Assembly: GCA_007119175.1 (NCBI GenBank)
Contig: SKQC01000102.1
Span: 1 to 54,767 of the forward strand
Direction: 5' to 3'
Source: Myxococcales bacterium
GTDB taxonomy: Bacteria; Myxococcota_A; Bradymonadia; Bradymonadales; Bradymonadaceae
Length of the DNA stretch: 54,767 nt
Shown here: positions 1-9,617 of the stretch, one piece after another
Position numbering within the stretch: position 1 is the first letter of the stretch
Layout of the letters: every line of letters begins with the position of its first letter
The notes under the pieces: model-generated
The model's input: the letters and a program-made list of their open reading frames with translations, nothing else
Database searches by the model: none
What the model was told of the DNA's origin: nothing
Made by a program: the position numbers and the translations under genes

Positions 1-682
1 CGAGCAACTCGGCACCGCGCACACCCGTTCCCTGGTCGATATGCCGGGCTATCTCCTCGAGATGAGGGCGCTTGATACGCTCGCCGCTGCCCAATTCGAT
101 CAATAACACGGCACCCCCATCACCTGTGGTTTCAATGCCGATATCGGCGTTGCCGAGGATCGAAAGGACACCACTGAATTCAGCGATGGCGCCGTCGATC
201 TCCGATCGCGCAACCGGGCAGCGATCGAGCTCCACGATCCGTCGGCTTCCAGCTTCGTAAAATCCGCTCTGAATCGAATCATCGACCCGGCGCTGATGCA
301 GGGTCACTCGGCTGCGATAATCCCACACCGACGGTGCGGCAACGACCTCGGGGCGAGGCAAATCGAGTCCACTGATACGCTCGATGGCCTCGCGGGCCGC
401 ATCGGCTTTCCATTTAATTTCGCTCTCGTAGTCTACGCCCCAGTACTGGCAGCCGCCGCAGCCGCGCTCAAATGCCTCGCATTCCACGGAAGTACGGGCC
501 TGCGAGGATTCGCGGCGGGCGCTGACACGACCTCGCGCCCACCGCTTTTTGTCGGTCTCAAGCTCGACGTCGACCACATCACCGGGTACGGCTCCTCTTA
601 CAAAGACGACGCGACCGTCGGAGAGATGACCGAGACCGTCCCCCCCCTGGGCGAGTTTCTCGATCTCGATTTTTTCTGCCAC
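1..682 (-). CDS. RlmD/RumA-family RNA (uracil-5)-methyltransferase, N-terminal part only (gene runs off the left edge)
   Basis: My own minus-strand translation from GTG at 682 gives VAEKIEIEKLAQGGDGLGHLSDGRVVFVRGAVPGDVVDVEL (TRAM-like). It is followed by CEAFERGCGGCQ (C-x6-C-x2-C) and a later LDRCP Cys, the RumA-type Fe-S ligand pattern. It is absent from the ORF track because no stop lies in the window. The start is uncertain (GTG 682, TTG 694 or TTG 748). Confidence 0.6.
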   Translation of the reverse strand, partial: MAEKIEIEKLAQGGDGLGHLSDGRVVFVRGAVPGDVVDVELETDKKRWARGRVSARRESSQARTSVECEAFERGCGGCQYWGVDYESEIKWKADAAREAIERISGLDLPRPEVVAAPSVWDYRSRVTLHQRRVDDSIQSGFYEAGSRRIVELDRCPVARSEIDGAIAEFSGVLSILGNADIGIETTGDGGAVLLIELGSGERIKRPHLEEIARHIDQGTGVRGAELL

Positions 683-754
683 GTTTTCAGCCAATTTAAT
701 CTCCGTAAAAAAGACGCCGGCCGAATCGGTGGCCCGTGATAATGTCAATGACGC

Positions 755-1102
755 CTACTCAGTCTCAGTGGATTCGCAATCGCCGGTCCACTCGCCGTGA
801 CCCAGCGACGGGCACATATCCGAACAGTGGGATTCCGGTTCACCACAGCTTCCCATGACACAAATTCGCGAGTTGCCACCGGTTTCGCCATCCTCACAAA
901 AGCACAGAATCGGCGGGCAATCATCGGAATCATCGCAGGAACGATCCGTTGCAGCGGCCTCCATACAACTATCAGTGACCTCTACGCCGCTTCCGTTGCC
1001 GTTTCCGTTTCCGTTTCCGTTATCGTCATCGTCACCGCACCCGGCGAATAAAAATAATGCCATCGCCAATACGGCAAATTTTGCTATCCATCGCATCTTC
1101 AA
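755..1102 (-). CDS. small acidic Cys-rich lipoprotein
   Basis: 115-aa ORF with a signal peptide and lipobox (ALFLFAGC). It then has a DDDD(NG)5 linker and an acidic domain of about 80 aa with 10 Cys. No family recognised. Confidence 0.7.
   Translation of the reverse strand: MKMRWIAKFAVLAMALFLFAGCGDDDDNGNGNGNGNGSGVEVTDSCMEAAATDRSCDDSDDCPPILCFCEDGETGGNSRICVMGSCGEPESHCSDMCPSLGHGEWTGDCESTETE
992..1021. repeat. in-frame hexanucleotide tandem repeat (tccgtt-like x5, three perfect units at 1004-1021) encoding the (NG)n linker
   Basis: Plus strand reads tccgtt gccgtt tccgtt tccgtt tccgtt. On the coding strand this is AACGGA/AACGGC repeats giving NGNGNGNGNG. Confidence 0.85.
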
Positions 1103-1215
1103 ACTCCTTGAATACAGATAAGAGAGGACAATTTCCTCCCGACCTTCAATAGACGAATGCGCAGCCTAATAGAAAAACCGGCCCTTTGAAAAGCACGCTC
1201 GAACCTCGAGTGATG

Positions 1216-3747
1216 TCAGGGGGCTTCGCTATCTGGTGGGGCAGCATTGCCGTCGACAGAGAGCTCCACGATATCGCGGTTACCCCGGTCGTCGACGGCG
1301 GCGATTGTCCAATTGCCGGGTTCTGGAACCCAGTACACCGCCTCGTCGGGGTCCTCCGAGGCGAGGTGTCGACCGTCGACGTACCAGTGGACCTCGGAAC
1401 CGGTCGAAGAATATGCCTCAAGGCGCACCATTTGCCGATCGGCAGGACGGGTCGTCTCCAGGACCACCGTGGACTCCTCACGCGGAGAGGTGATGGAGAG
1501 AGTGGCGTCGTCTTCGGAACGACAATCGGGGTGAATTGGCGGCATACTTCCGGCGCGGCGGCCACGAGCGCGCTCGAAGCTGGCGACGGCCGAGGGAAGG
1601 CGCTCGACGATGCGCTTTTCGATGTCGTCGACGCCGTCGGGCCGACATCCATCGGGCAAGCGCCTGCCGGAGTCGACGTCAATATCGATCTGGACGTGAA
1701 TATCGCATCTCTCGGGAGCCGCGCTTCTGGCCGGTGCCTCCACGGTCGTCGTATTTTCACAATAGGAGCCCGGACGGCGTCCAGAGCGCGAACAGACCTC
1801 GATTTCGGCGAGTTCGTCGACGGGCTTCGTCGCCCGCAGCGGCACCGGACCGTCGATGGCCTCGACAATCTCGAAAAACAGCGGTGCGGCGACGTAGGCG
1901 CCGACCAGCTCGGGATGGCGCTTAAAATCCAGATCACCGGCCCAGACGGCGACCGTATAATTTTCGCCAAATCCGGCGGTCCAGGCGTCGTGATAGGCAT
2001 AGCTTGTGCCCGTTTTCCAGACGATTCCCTCGTCGCGTGCGCGGCGGGATCCAACGTCGACCCACGGGCGGGGCCTGCGCATAAGTGCCCGCTTCGTCAA
2101 CCAGGAGGCCGCCGGCGAGATCGCCTGTGCGTCGCCGCTCACATCACCACCCGTTTTGGCCGAGACTCCCAGAAAGTGATGGATCAACTCACCTCCGGCG
2201 ATGGCCTGTTCGTTGAGCGTTACACCGTCCCCGGAGTCCACGTCGTAGATCGCCGGCGGCAGCGTACGGCCGCCCCGGGCAAACCCGGCGTATAATGACG
2301 CCACCTCGAGCGTCGAAGCGGGCATGCCGCCGACGACGAGTTCCAGGCCGCCGTCTCCCGCCCGACGAACCGGCCCCTCTAATTCAAAGCGAAACATTGC
2401 CTGCACAAACTCATCGACGCCTAATTTCTCGATAAGCCGCACAAACGGAATATTCAGCGACAGCGCCAGAGCTCGCTCGGCCTCAACGAGGCCCCGATAT
2501 TGGCGATCGAAATTCTCGGGCCGATAATCACCGCGTACCATGGGCACGTCGGCGAGCATATGCGACGGAGCGAGAACGCCCTCGTCGAGCGCCGCGGCGT
2601 AGACCACCGGCTTGAGCAGCGAGCCGGTGGAGCGCGGCGAGGCGAAGGCCGGCAGATGACTGCCAGCCGTGTGAGCGTCAAATGTGAGATTTCCCACGAT
2701 CGCGCGAATCTCGCCGGTCTCAGATTCCATCACCACCACCGCCGCGTGGGGAGCGCCGGTGGCCTGCAAGCGGGCGCGATGCTCGCCGACAATCTCAGTG
2801 ACTCGCTGCTGGGTGCTCCTCTCAAGCGTGGTCTCAATGCGCACTGCCGGCTGTGCGCGCCCCGTTTCCTGGCGCTCAAAAGCCTGTGGGCGATGGGTTT
2901 TCAGCCAGCGAATGACGTGGGGAATCTCGCGCGGGGGACCGGCGATCTCGACGGGCACTTCGGTCTCATCGAGCATTGCCTGCAGCTCATCTGGCCTGGC
3001 GGCCATGGGAATCGCGCCCTCCCCGGCGAGCCGAATGGCGATCTGGTCGCGTGACTGGCGCAGATTTTCGCGGTTTCGCTCCGATGGTCCACGGGCCCCG
3101 GGATTTTGCGGAATCGCAAGTAAGGTCGCGATTTCGGCAGCGCTCAATCCCGACGGAGACCGACCCCAGAAGGACAGAGTTGCCACCTCGATCCCCTCGA
3201 AATTGCCTCCGTAGGGAACGAAGCGAAGATAGGCCTCTAAGATCTCCTCTTTCGACAGATGCCGCTCAAGCTGCAACGCCCGCAATGCCTCCACTGATTT
3301 GGAGCGCAATGTTCGCGGTCGGGGCTCCAAAAGACGGACCAATTGCATGGTGATCGTCGACGCCCCGGAGACCGCAGATCCGGCCCGTATATTCTCAAAA
3401 AAGGCCCGGCAGATGGCGATGGGATCGACGCCGGGATGGCGATAAAAGCGCTTGTCCTCGAGCGCCAAAAGCGCTTCGACATAAGCCGGATCGACATCGT
3501 CGAGACTGGTGGGAAACCGCCATCGCTCATCGTCTGACAACAGGGCATGGGCCGGACGCCCGTCGTGATAGGTGGCGACGACGGAATCGCCGTAATCCAG
3601 CCGCTCCGGAAGCGGAATCACGTGGGCCGCCACCAGGGCACCGACACCGCCCAGCGCGACCAGTGCGCCGAGCGCAATGACCAGTCGCCATCGCAACAAT
3701 CTGCGAAACCATTCCCCGCACCTTCCGAGGAGCGATAAGAATTTCAC
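1216..3747 (-). CDS. pbpC: penicillin-binding protein 1C (glycosyltransferase GT51 + transpeptidase)
   Basis: GT51 motifs EDKRFYRHPGVDP and GASTITMQL. Transpeptidase motifs SLLK (SxxK), SLN (SxN) and KTGTS, plus an N-terminal TM segment. I place the start at GTG 3747 (VKFLSLL...), which overlaps the a2m stop as GTGA. The 911-aa track ORF extends upstream into a2m and is probably too long. Confidence 0.9.
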   Translation of the reverse strand: MKFLSLLGRCGEWFRRLLRWRLVIALGALVALGGVGALVAAHVIPLPERLDYGDSVVATYHDGRPAHALLSDDERWRFPTSLDDVDPAYVEALLALEDKRFYRHPGVDPIAICRAFFENIRAGSAVSGASTITMQLVRLLEPRPRTLRSKSVEALRALQLERHLSKEEILEAYLRFVPYGGNFEGIEVATLSFWGRSPSGLSAAEIATLLAIPQNPGARGPSERNRENLRQSRDQIAIRLAGEGAIPMAARPDELQAMLDETEVPVEIAGPPREIPHVIRWLKTHRPQAFERQETGRAQPAVRIETTLERSTQQRVTEIVGEHRARLQATGAPHAAVVVMESETGEIRAIVGNLTFDAHTAGSHLPAFASPRSTGSLLKPVVYAAALDEGVLAPSHMLADVPMVRGDYRPENFDRQYRGLVEAERALALSLNIPFVRLIEKLGVDEFVQAMFRFELEGPVRRAGDGGLELVVGGMPASTLEVASLYAGFARGGRTLPPAIYDVDSGDGVTLNEQAIAGGELIHHFLGVSAKTGGDVSGDAQAISPAASWLTKRALMRRPRPWVDVGSRRARDEGIVWKTGTSYAYHDAWTAGFGENYTVAVWAGDLDFKRHPELVGAYVAAPLFFEIVEAIDGPVPLRATKPVDELAEIEVCSRSGRRPGSYCENTTTVEAPARSAAPERCDIHVQIDIDVDSGRRLPDGCRPDGVDDIEKRIVERLPSAVASFERARGRRAGSMPPIHPDCRSEDDATLSITSPREESTVVLETTRPADRQMVRLEAYSSTGSEVHWYVDGRHLASEDPDEAVYWVPEPGNWTIAAVDDRGNRDIVELSVDGNAAPPDSEAP

Positions 3748-6700
3748 GGCCTGATAACCCGGACCTGGTCGCCGGCGATTCGAGCCCAGCGGTGTTTCTG
3801 ATACATCGACGTCAACTCCGCCGGCGGCGTATCGAAGGTCCCCGCAGTAGTCGCCCGCATACTGTAGACAAAGCGCACCGTCTGGTCTTCGCGGATCGAC
3901 CCGAAGGCCTCGATTCGGTCGTCGCGCACGTCGAAATGGTCGACGCTCCACTCATCGGAGCTATCAAACCAGTCGGGGCGCACATCGCCATCGGGACGCG
4001 GGTCCTCGACTTCAAACCCGCCGGGCAAACGATCGACGAGGGCGAGGTTCTGCATCGTCGTCTCCTCGCTGTGGCTCGCCTGCAACTCCACATATACCAG
4101 ATCGCCGACCTCTACTCGCTGAAGCGAAACGGGGTTGCCGTCGACGTCGCGGACCCGACGCTGCAACCGGAGCCCTTCGCTTCCAAATTCTGGCTGAGCC
4201 TGAGAATGCACACCCTCAGTGCGGCGAAATACCGACACAGGACCCTCGGGATCTTCGTCAAACACAAGCCTTACTTCGGGGTATTCGGAGGCCCGATGCA
4301 GCCGCCACGAACGAGAGCCGTCGTCGCCAACGACCTCCGGCTCCACAGTCGATCCGGCCGCCACAAGACGGGCATCGGGAATGCTGCCACTCCGCTCTTC
4401 GGCCCACCTGCCGAGGGCGGCGATGGACCATCCCAATTCGTGGAGATTCAACTCGCCGACCTCGGCATCGACGAGGCGATCGGCGACGCGTTCGACGAGA
4501 TCTTCGAGCAACTCGTGATCGGCACCGAAGACCTCGATGGCCACCTCCAAGATCAGTCCTTCATGGCGGGCGGGAGTGTAGTGATCGCCAAAAAACCGGA
4601 AAGTGCTCTCGTCGAATTCCGGCTCACGTATCAACGCCCGCAGATCATCTCCAACCGTCTCGTCGCCGGCCAGGTGAAGCGCAGCGGTCGCCAGTAGCGC
4701 TCGCTCATGGTCACGACCCGACGGGTCATCGGGCAACTCGCTTAAAAGCGCCCGGGCGGCCCGTCGATTCGGGCGGCCCTGCCTGGCCAGGACCCAGACC
4801 GCGAGATCGAGATCTTCGACCCCGTAGCGGCGCTGAACACGGCGATCGAGCCAGTCGAGGCCGTCTCGAAGAACCCACGCCGGTACGTCATGGCCGGCCT
4901 CGTCGGCCGTGGTCAGCATATCGAGGACGTAGGCCTGTCCCCAGGGGCCGACGGTGGCGCTCCCACCAGCCCAGTAGGCAAATTGCCCGGACGAGCGCTG
5001 CAGCCGCTCCACACCGCGGATTCCCCGTCTGATACGCCAATCTGCACCCCTTGTACTGGCCTCCGGATCGGCGGCCTTCAAAAGTCTGTCGAGGTAGGCG
5101 ACGGGTCGAATTCTGGCCACCGTATTGTAGAGATTGGTCCCCAGACGAAGCAGCGGATAGCGAAGCACGTGTTCGAGATGCACAAATGCCGGAGCCCGTG
5201 GGATGGACGTCACCCATAACTCGGTGGTCTCACTTGTGGGAAGCCACCCGTCGAGCTCTGAAAGCACATCGAATTCGCGGCTGTCCACGGAGTGATGCTC
5301 AAACTCCACTTCCGTCGGCCCGTCGGGATAAATCGGGACTCTCGCCGTATGGCGCGAATTTTCACCATTTCCGGACGCCTCGAATAAAAGCTGTGGTGCA
5401 CCGGCACGGCCGACCACCTCGACTTCAAAGTTGACCTGGCCGCGCTGGTCAGGGGCGAGCTGGAGTGAGCCCGTATCGTCACCGACAATTTCCAACTCCG
5501 CGGTGTCGTCTTCCATCAAGCTCATATCCGGCAAGGTCACGGCGCGAAGGTCGACGTCCACCGTAGTCTCGGTGGTATTCGTCACCGACAGCGGTACCTG
5601 AAAGCGATCGCCGTGAGTCGCAAACCGCGGCGCCGTCGCCTGCAATGCCAGGGGATCGCGAATCACCGTATGGTCTGTGGCTTCGCCGAGCCGCGCCCCG
5701 TCGACGACAACTGCCGAGATCTCGAGTTCACCGCGAAAATCGGGGATATCAAAGTCGACAGTGGCCCGTCCTTCGTCGTCGAGGTCGACAAGTCCAGACC
5801 ACATCGCCGTCGGATCGACGGGCATTATCGCCGGCGGCGCCGGAGCCGGTGGTGCATACGCCCCACCCCCGAATCGCTGCGGCGAGACATCGGCGTACCA
5901 GCCGACCGTATCGAAGGTCTCCACACCAAGCGCCCGTATGCTGAACAACTGCTCCAGTGGATCCTCGAATTCATGGCTCGCCATCGTCAGGATGCCGCGG
6001 TCGACGGCGGCGACGGCGACCCTCGCATCGGGGCCGGCCGTCTCACTGGTGACCTCCACGCTCAACGTGTCGCCGGGCTCCAGCTCCTCGGGCACGTTCA
6101 AGTCGACGTCGGCTCTCCAGCGGTCTCGGGCGACATTGACGCGCGAGACGCCAAATGCCCGGTCCAGCCCCTCAGGAGCGTCATCACCGGCCGGCACATA
6201 CAGCGCCGAGACATAGATATTGGGATCAAAATACTCCACTTCGACCTCCCAGCTATTTTCTCCGGCCTCCACATCGAGCCACTCCCAGGAGTCAACGCGG
6301 GCCGTCTCCACGGCCACCAACGCCCGGCCGTCGGCAGGGGCGTCGAAGGAAAACTCAGCCGTTTCACCGACGGTGATCTCGTCCGGTCCGCCAATATCGA
6401 GATGGGCCGGATCGTCGGGCCGCGGGTCCGTATCGCGCTGTCCCCACCCCCAGAATCGCCGCGGGGAGGCGACCTCCAGCTCGGAGACGGCTCCCTGAGC
6501 CTGGGCGCGAAAATAAAGGCCGACAGACGTTCCACGCGGCTCTGCCCGCATCGAAAAACGACCGTCGGCCACATCGACCTGTCGGCGTTCATCGACGCTC
6601 TCGTGGCGCTCACGCTCCCACTGAGTTCGGCCCTGGCGATAAATTCGCGTCGAGCTGTAGCGGATGGCGCCGAGTTCGAGATCGACGCTGTCGACGCCGT

Positions 6701-9422
6701 CGGCAACGCGCCCGTCGGAGCCGACGACGATGCCTTCGAGTCGGGCACCGTCGCTTGCATCGACCCGATCGTCGGGCGAACGCAGTCCGACTAACCTGTC
6801 GCCGGGCAGCAACGTCGTCTGCTCCTCGGCGCGTGAGGCCCGTCCGCTGCCGGCCTCAAAGACGGCGACCTCCACGTCGACACCGTAGATCGCCCGATCG
6901 TCGAAGTCAGAAGGCTCGCAGCGAAACTCAGCGAGCCCATTGGCATCGAGCCGCCCGTCGGTGCGCGCCGTCGTCGATTCGATCTTGTCCGAAAACGGCC
7001 CAAAATCGTATTCCGGCCACCGATCCTGAAACGGCTGTGCCGCCTCGAAGCGGCACTCCACCTCGAATTCAGCGTCGGCGGCCGGCGTACCGAAGAAATA
7101 CTCTGCCTCGATATCGCCGCCGAATCCTCCGCCGTCATAGACGATGATATCGTCGACATCGACATCGACATCGATTCGCTCCGGCACGAATTCCTCGACC
7201 GAGATTTGTTGGCTGACGAGCTCCTCGTCTCCCGAAAATATCTCGACGCTCCAGCTCCCGGTGGAGGCCATCTCGGGAATCTCATAGGTGAATTCGAAGG
7301 CACCCACCTCGTCGGTCTGGGCCACTGTACTAAAGACCTCCTGGCGCCGGGCATCAGTGAGTTCGATGCCCACGGGCAGTCCCGCCTCCGCGCGGTATTG
7401 ATCACCGCGAATAAATCCGGCAAATTTCATCTCCTCGCCGGGCCGATATAGCGTCCGCTCCCCGCTCAGAGCGCCCCGATAGGGTGGATCATCGCCATAA
7501 TCTCGTCCGCCGATCGAACCCTCGACGACCTCCGTTTTCGTATCCTCCCAGTCGACATAGGCCAACTCGTCGACGCCCTCGGCGACGACGGCAAAAGGCG
7601 GCTCATTTTCCAGATCGCCCCAATTTCCGCTCAACGCGCAATGGCCGCCGCCGTCAGTTGCGCATTCCGCCAACACGCGTCCGTTCTGGCGCACCAATTC
7701 TAGATTCACATCGGCGATCGGCTGTGCGGAGTCGGCATCGATCGTCCAAACCCAGACCTCATCAACCTCGGATTCGACGTGGCTGGCGCGCTTGGCGATT
7801 AATTGCAGATCGCTGACGATGAAGCGATGACTATCGTTGAGTCCTCCCTGAAATGGGGCCGAAACCTCGATCTGATAGGCGCCCGGTTGCGGCTCGCCGA
7901 CGAGTTCCATCAGATCGATATAGGAGTGTTGAACCTCTTCGGGGCCCGGATCGAGCTCCAGGTATTTCTCGGCAATCGCAAAGGAAGCAGCTCCGCCCAT
8001 CGCGTCGCCTCCGGAGAGCCAGAACGTAAAGTGATGCCCCGCTGCATGGCGAACCACGACCCGGGCCATCTCCACGTCTCGATGGCGAATTGGAACTCGC
8101 GCCCAATCGGAGCGCTCCAGATATCGTCCATCGGCATCGATGGCCAATTCCGGCGATGGCGCCCTCGGCTCCAGGAGCTCTTCGCGTCCCTCATAGAGTT
8201 CGGCAGAATGCTCGCCCCAATCGCCAGTGCGCAGAGCGAGACCGACCGGTCCGCGCACCCCGTCGAGGTCGAGTACCAGATCAAAGCCATGCTGATGGTC
8301 GACGACCGAGACGCCGGCGTCGACGTCGAGTTCGACGAGCTCCAGCGCTCGCTGAGAGTCGACGTCACAGCGGCGCGAGACATCACGAATACTGCTCCTG
8401 ATTTCACGGTCCCAATAGCTGCGCCTGGTCTCGGCAACGGCCGGGTCGTGACACAAGACGCGCACCGTCGGACTTCCGCCGCGTTCATAGAGCCCGACTG
8501 CGCGAATCTCGAGGGTCTCCGTATCCGTGCCAACCTGGATCGACTCATCGACCTCATCCATCGGATCGCCCCCCAGTGTCGACGTCAATTGAGACCCGCC
8601 GCTGAGGTGAATTCCGTCGACGGCTCCTGCGAAGTCAATGGAGAGCGAGCGCAGGCGCACGTCGATGACGCGATCGTCGCGTTGGCTGTAGGCGACGCTT
8701 TCCAGCAAAGCGCCGTCCAGGGCCCACGAAAGTTGATCTTCTACGGCGGCGACATCGACGGGCGCCGAAAACCGCAGCTCGACGTGAGCAAATGCACCGA
8801 CCGGCCTTGCTGCCGAGATATCGACCAACTCCAGCGGTGGCGTCTCAAATGTCGTTGCAGGTGACTCGTCGAATTCCACGAGCTCCACGTCTTCGTCTCC
8901 ATCGTCGCTCTCACCGAATACAAATTCGATGACCTCAAACTCGACATCGTAGCTCTCTGCCGGCTTTAGCTCACCGTCGAATTCAATGCGGAAGACGGTG
9001 TGGTTGTCCGTTAGATTGGGCCGGTCGACATCGACTGTATTGCCGGCCTCATCAGTGATCGTGATCACCGTCCCCGGTCCGATCTGTGGATGGCCTCGAC
9101 GCACGACGGAACGATCGACGACAGCCACCAACCCCGAAGGTACAGCCCCCGGCTTACCGACGGCCCGCATCGCCACATCCCAGCGCTCCGGATCGACGAT
9201 ACGCGCTTTGTCATCCGGGTCGAAATCATCGCGCACAGCACCAGCGATCTCCGGTTTGGGAATCTCCGCAGATCGGTCGCGCTCGGCCACCTCACCGGGC
9301 TCCGGCACATCGTCGACTTCGTCGCCGCAATCACAGGCCGATGTCCCGAGCACCAATACAAGAATGAAAACCGCTATGATTCGCTGGAAAACCCCATCCA
9401 CTCTTTGAAACGGTACAAGCAT
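3744..9422 (-). CDS. alpha-2-macroglobulin family lipoprotein (YfhM/ECAM-like), thioester motif absent
   Basis: 1892 aa with lipobox LVLGTSAC and length and architecture typical of bacterial A2M, sitting directly upstream of pbpC. At the position aligning to the YPYGCLEQ thioester site it reads YPLLRLGT (nt 5136-5159). There is no Cys anywhere in the C-terminal 900 or so residues. Confidence 0.9.
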   Translation of the reverse strand: MLVPFQRVDGVFQRIIAVFILVLVLGTSACDCGDEVDDVPEPGEVAERDRSAEIPKPEIAGAVRDDFDPDDKARIVDPERWDVAMRAVGKPGAVPSGLVAVVDRSVVRRGHPQIGPGTVITITDEAGNTVDVDRPNLTDNHTVFRIEFDGELKPAESYDVEFEVIEFVFGESDDGDEDVELVEFDESPATTFETPPLELVDISAARPVGAFAHVELRFSAPVDVAAVEDQLSWALDGALLESVAYSQRDDRVIDVRLRSLSIDFAGAVDGIHLSGGSQLTSTLGGDPMDEVDESIQVGTDTETLEIRAVGLYERGGSPTVRVLCHDPAVAETRRSYWDREIRSSIRDVSRRCDVDSQRALELVELDVDAGVSVVDHQHGFDLVLDLDGVRGPVGLALRTGDWGEHSAELYEGREELLEPRAPSPELAIDADGRYLERSDWARVPIRHRDVEMARVVVRHAAGHHFTFWLSGGDAMGGAASFAIAEKYLELDPGPEEVQHSYIDLMELVGEPQPGAYQIEVSAPFQGGLNDSHRFIVSDLQLIAKRASHVESEVDEVWVWTIDADSAQPIADVNLELVRQNGRVLAECATDGGGHCALSGNWGDLENEPPFAVVAEGVDELAYVDWEDTKTEVVEGSIGGRDYGDDPPYRGALSGERTLYRPGEEMKFAGFIRGDQYRAEAGLPVGIELTDARRQEVFSTVAQTDEVGAFEFTYEIPEMASTGSWSVEIFSGDEELVSQQISVEEFVPERIDVDVDVDDIIVYDGGGFGGDIEAEYFFGTPAADAEFEVECRFEAAQPFQDRWPEYDFGPFSDKIESTTARTDGRLDANGLAEFRCEPSDFDDRAIYGVDVEVAVFEAGSGRASRAEEQTTLLPGDRLVGLRSPDDRVDASDGARLEGIVVGSDGRVADGVDSVDLELGAIRYSSTRIYRQGRTQWERERHESVDERRQVDVADGRFSMRAEPRGTSVGLYFRAQAQGAVSELEVASPRRFWGWGQRDTDPRPDDPAHLDIGGPDEITVGETAEFSFDAPADGRALVAVETARVDSWEWLDVEAGENSWEVEVEYFDPNIYVSALYVPAGDDAPEGLDRAFGVSRVNVARDRWRADVDLNVPEELEPGDTLSVEVTSETAGPDARVAVAAVDRGILTMASHEFEDPLEQLFSIRALGVETFDTVGWYADVSPQRFGGGAYAPPAPAPPAIMPVDPTAMWSGLVDLDDEGRATVDFDIPDFRGELEISAVVVDGARLGEATDHTVIRDPLALQATAPRFATHGDRFQVPLSVTNTTETTVDVDLRAVTLPDMSLMEDDTAELEIVGDDTGSLQLAPDQRGQVNFEVEVVGRAGAPQLLFEASGNGENSRHTARVPIYPDGPTEVEFEHHSVDSREFDVLSELDGWLPTSETTELWVTSIPRAPAFVHLEHVLRYPLLRLGTNLYNTVARIRPVAYLDRLLKAADPEASTRGADWRIRRGIRGVERLQRSSGQFAYWAGGSATVGPWGQAYVLDMLTTADEAGHDVPAWVLRDGLDWLDRRVQRRYGVEDLDLAVWVLARQGRPNRRAARALLSELPDDPSGRDHERALLATAALHLAGDETVGDDLRALIREPEFDESTFRFFGDHYTPARHEGLILEVAIEVFGADHELLEDLVERVADRLVDAEVGELNLHELGWSIAALGRWAEERSGSIPDARLVAAGSTVEPEVVGDDGSRSWRLHRASEYPEVRLVFDEDPEGPVSVFRRTEGVHSQAQPEFGSEGLRLQRRVRDVDGNPVSLQRVEVGDLVYVELQASHSEETTMQNLALVDRLPGGFEVEDPRPDGDVRPDWFDSSDEWSVDHFDVRDDRIEAFGSIREDQTVRFVYSMRATTAGTFDTPPAELTSMYQKHRWARIAGDQVRVIRP

Positions 9423-9617
9423 CGCATTACCTCGACAGCGCCGCGTTCAATTGATGATCAGATCGGGCCGAGCCTAGTCGACGTTCGCGCTAACTTGCAA
9501 GACGAAGGAGGCAGCCAGGGCGGAAACAACTCCTCTGGCATTGTGCTGCCAATCCGTCGATAATTCTCTGAGGGACTTTTAGCCAAAGACACCAGACCTG
9601 GTCGGAGAGGGCGAGCG

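Noticed and set aside
296-739. 147-aa plus-strand track ORF at the left edge
   Set aside because: It lies antisense to a much better minus-strand reading with clear TRAM and Fe-S methyltransferase motifs. Its own translation is low-complexity and Ala/Gly/Arg-rich.
1146-2295. Long alternative-frame and antisense ORFs inside pbpC. The same occurs inside a2m (3792-4697, 5613-6794, 7803-8864), the sigma/anti-sigma region (21127-22161), the giant TPR gene (46548-47453, 47837-48485, 50582-51016 and others) and elsewhere.
   Set aside because: These are typical open frames of high-GC DNA. Their translations are Arg/Pro/Ser/Ala-rich with no motifs, and each is fully embedded in a gene with strong family signatures.
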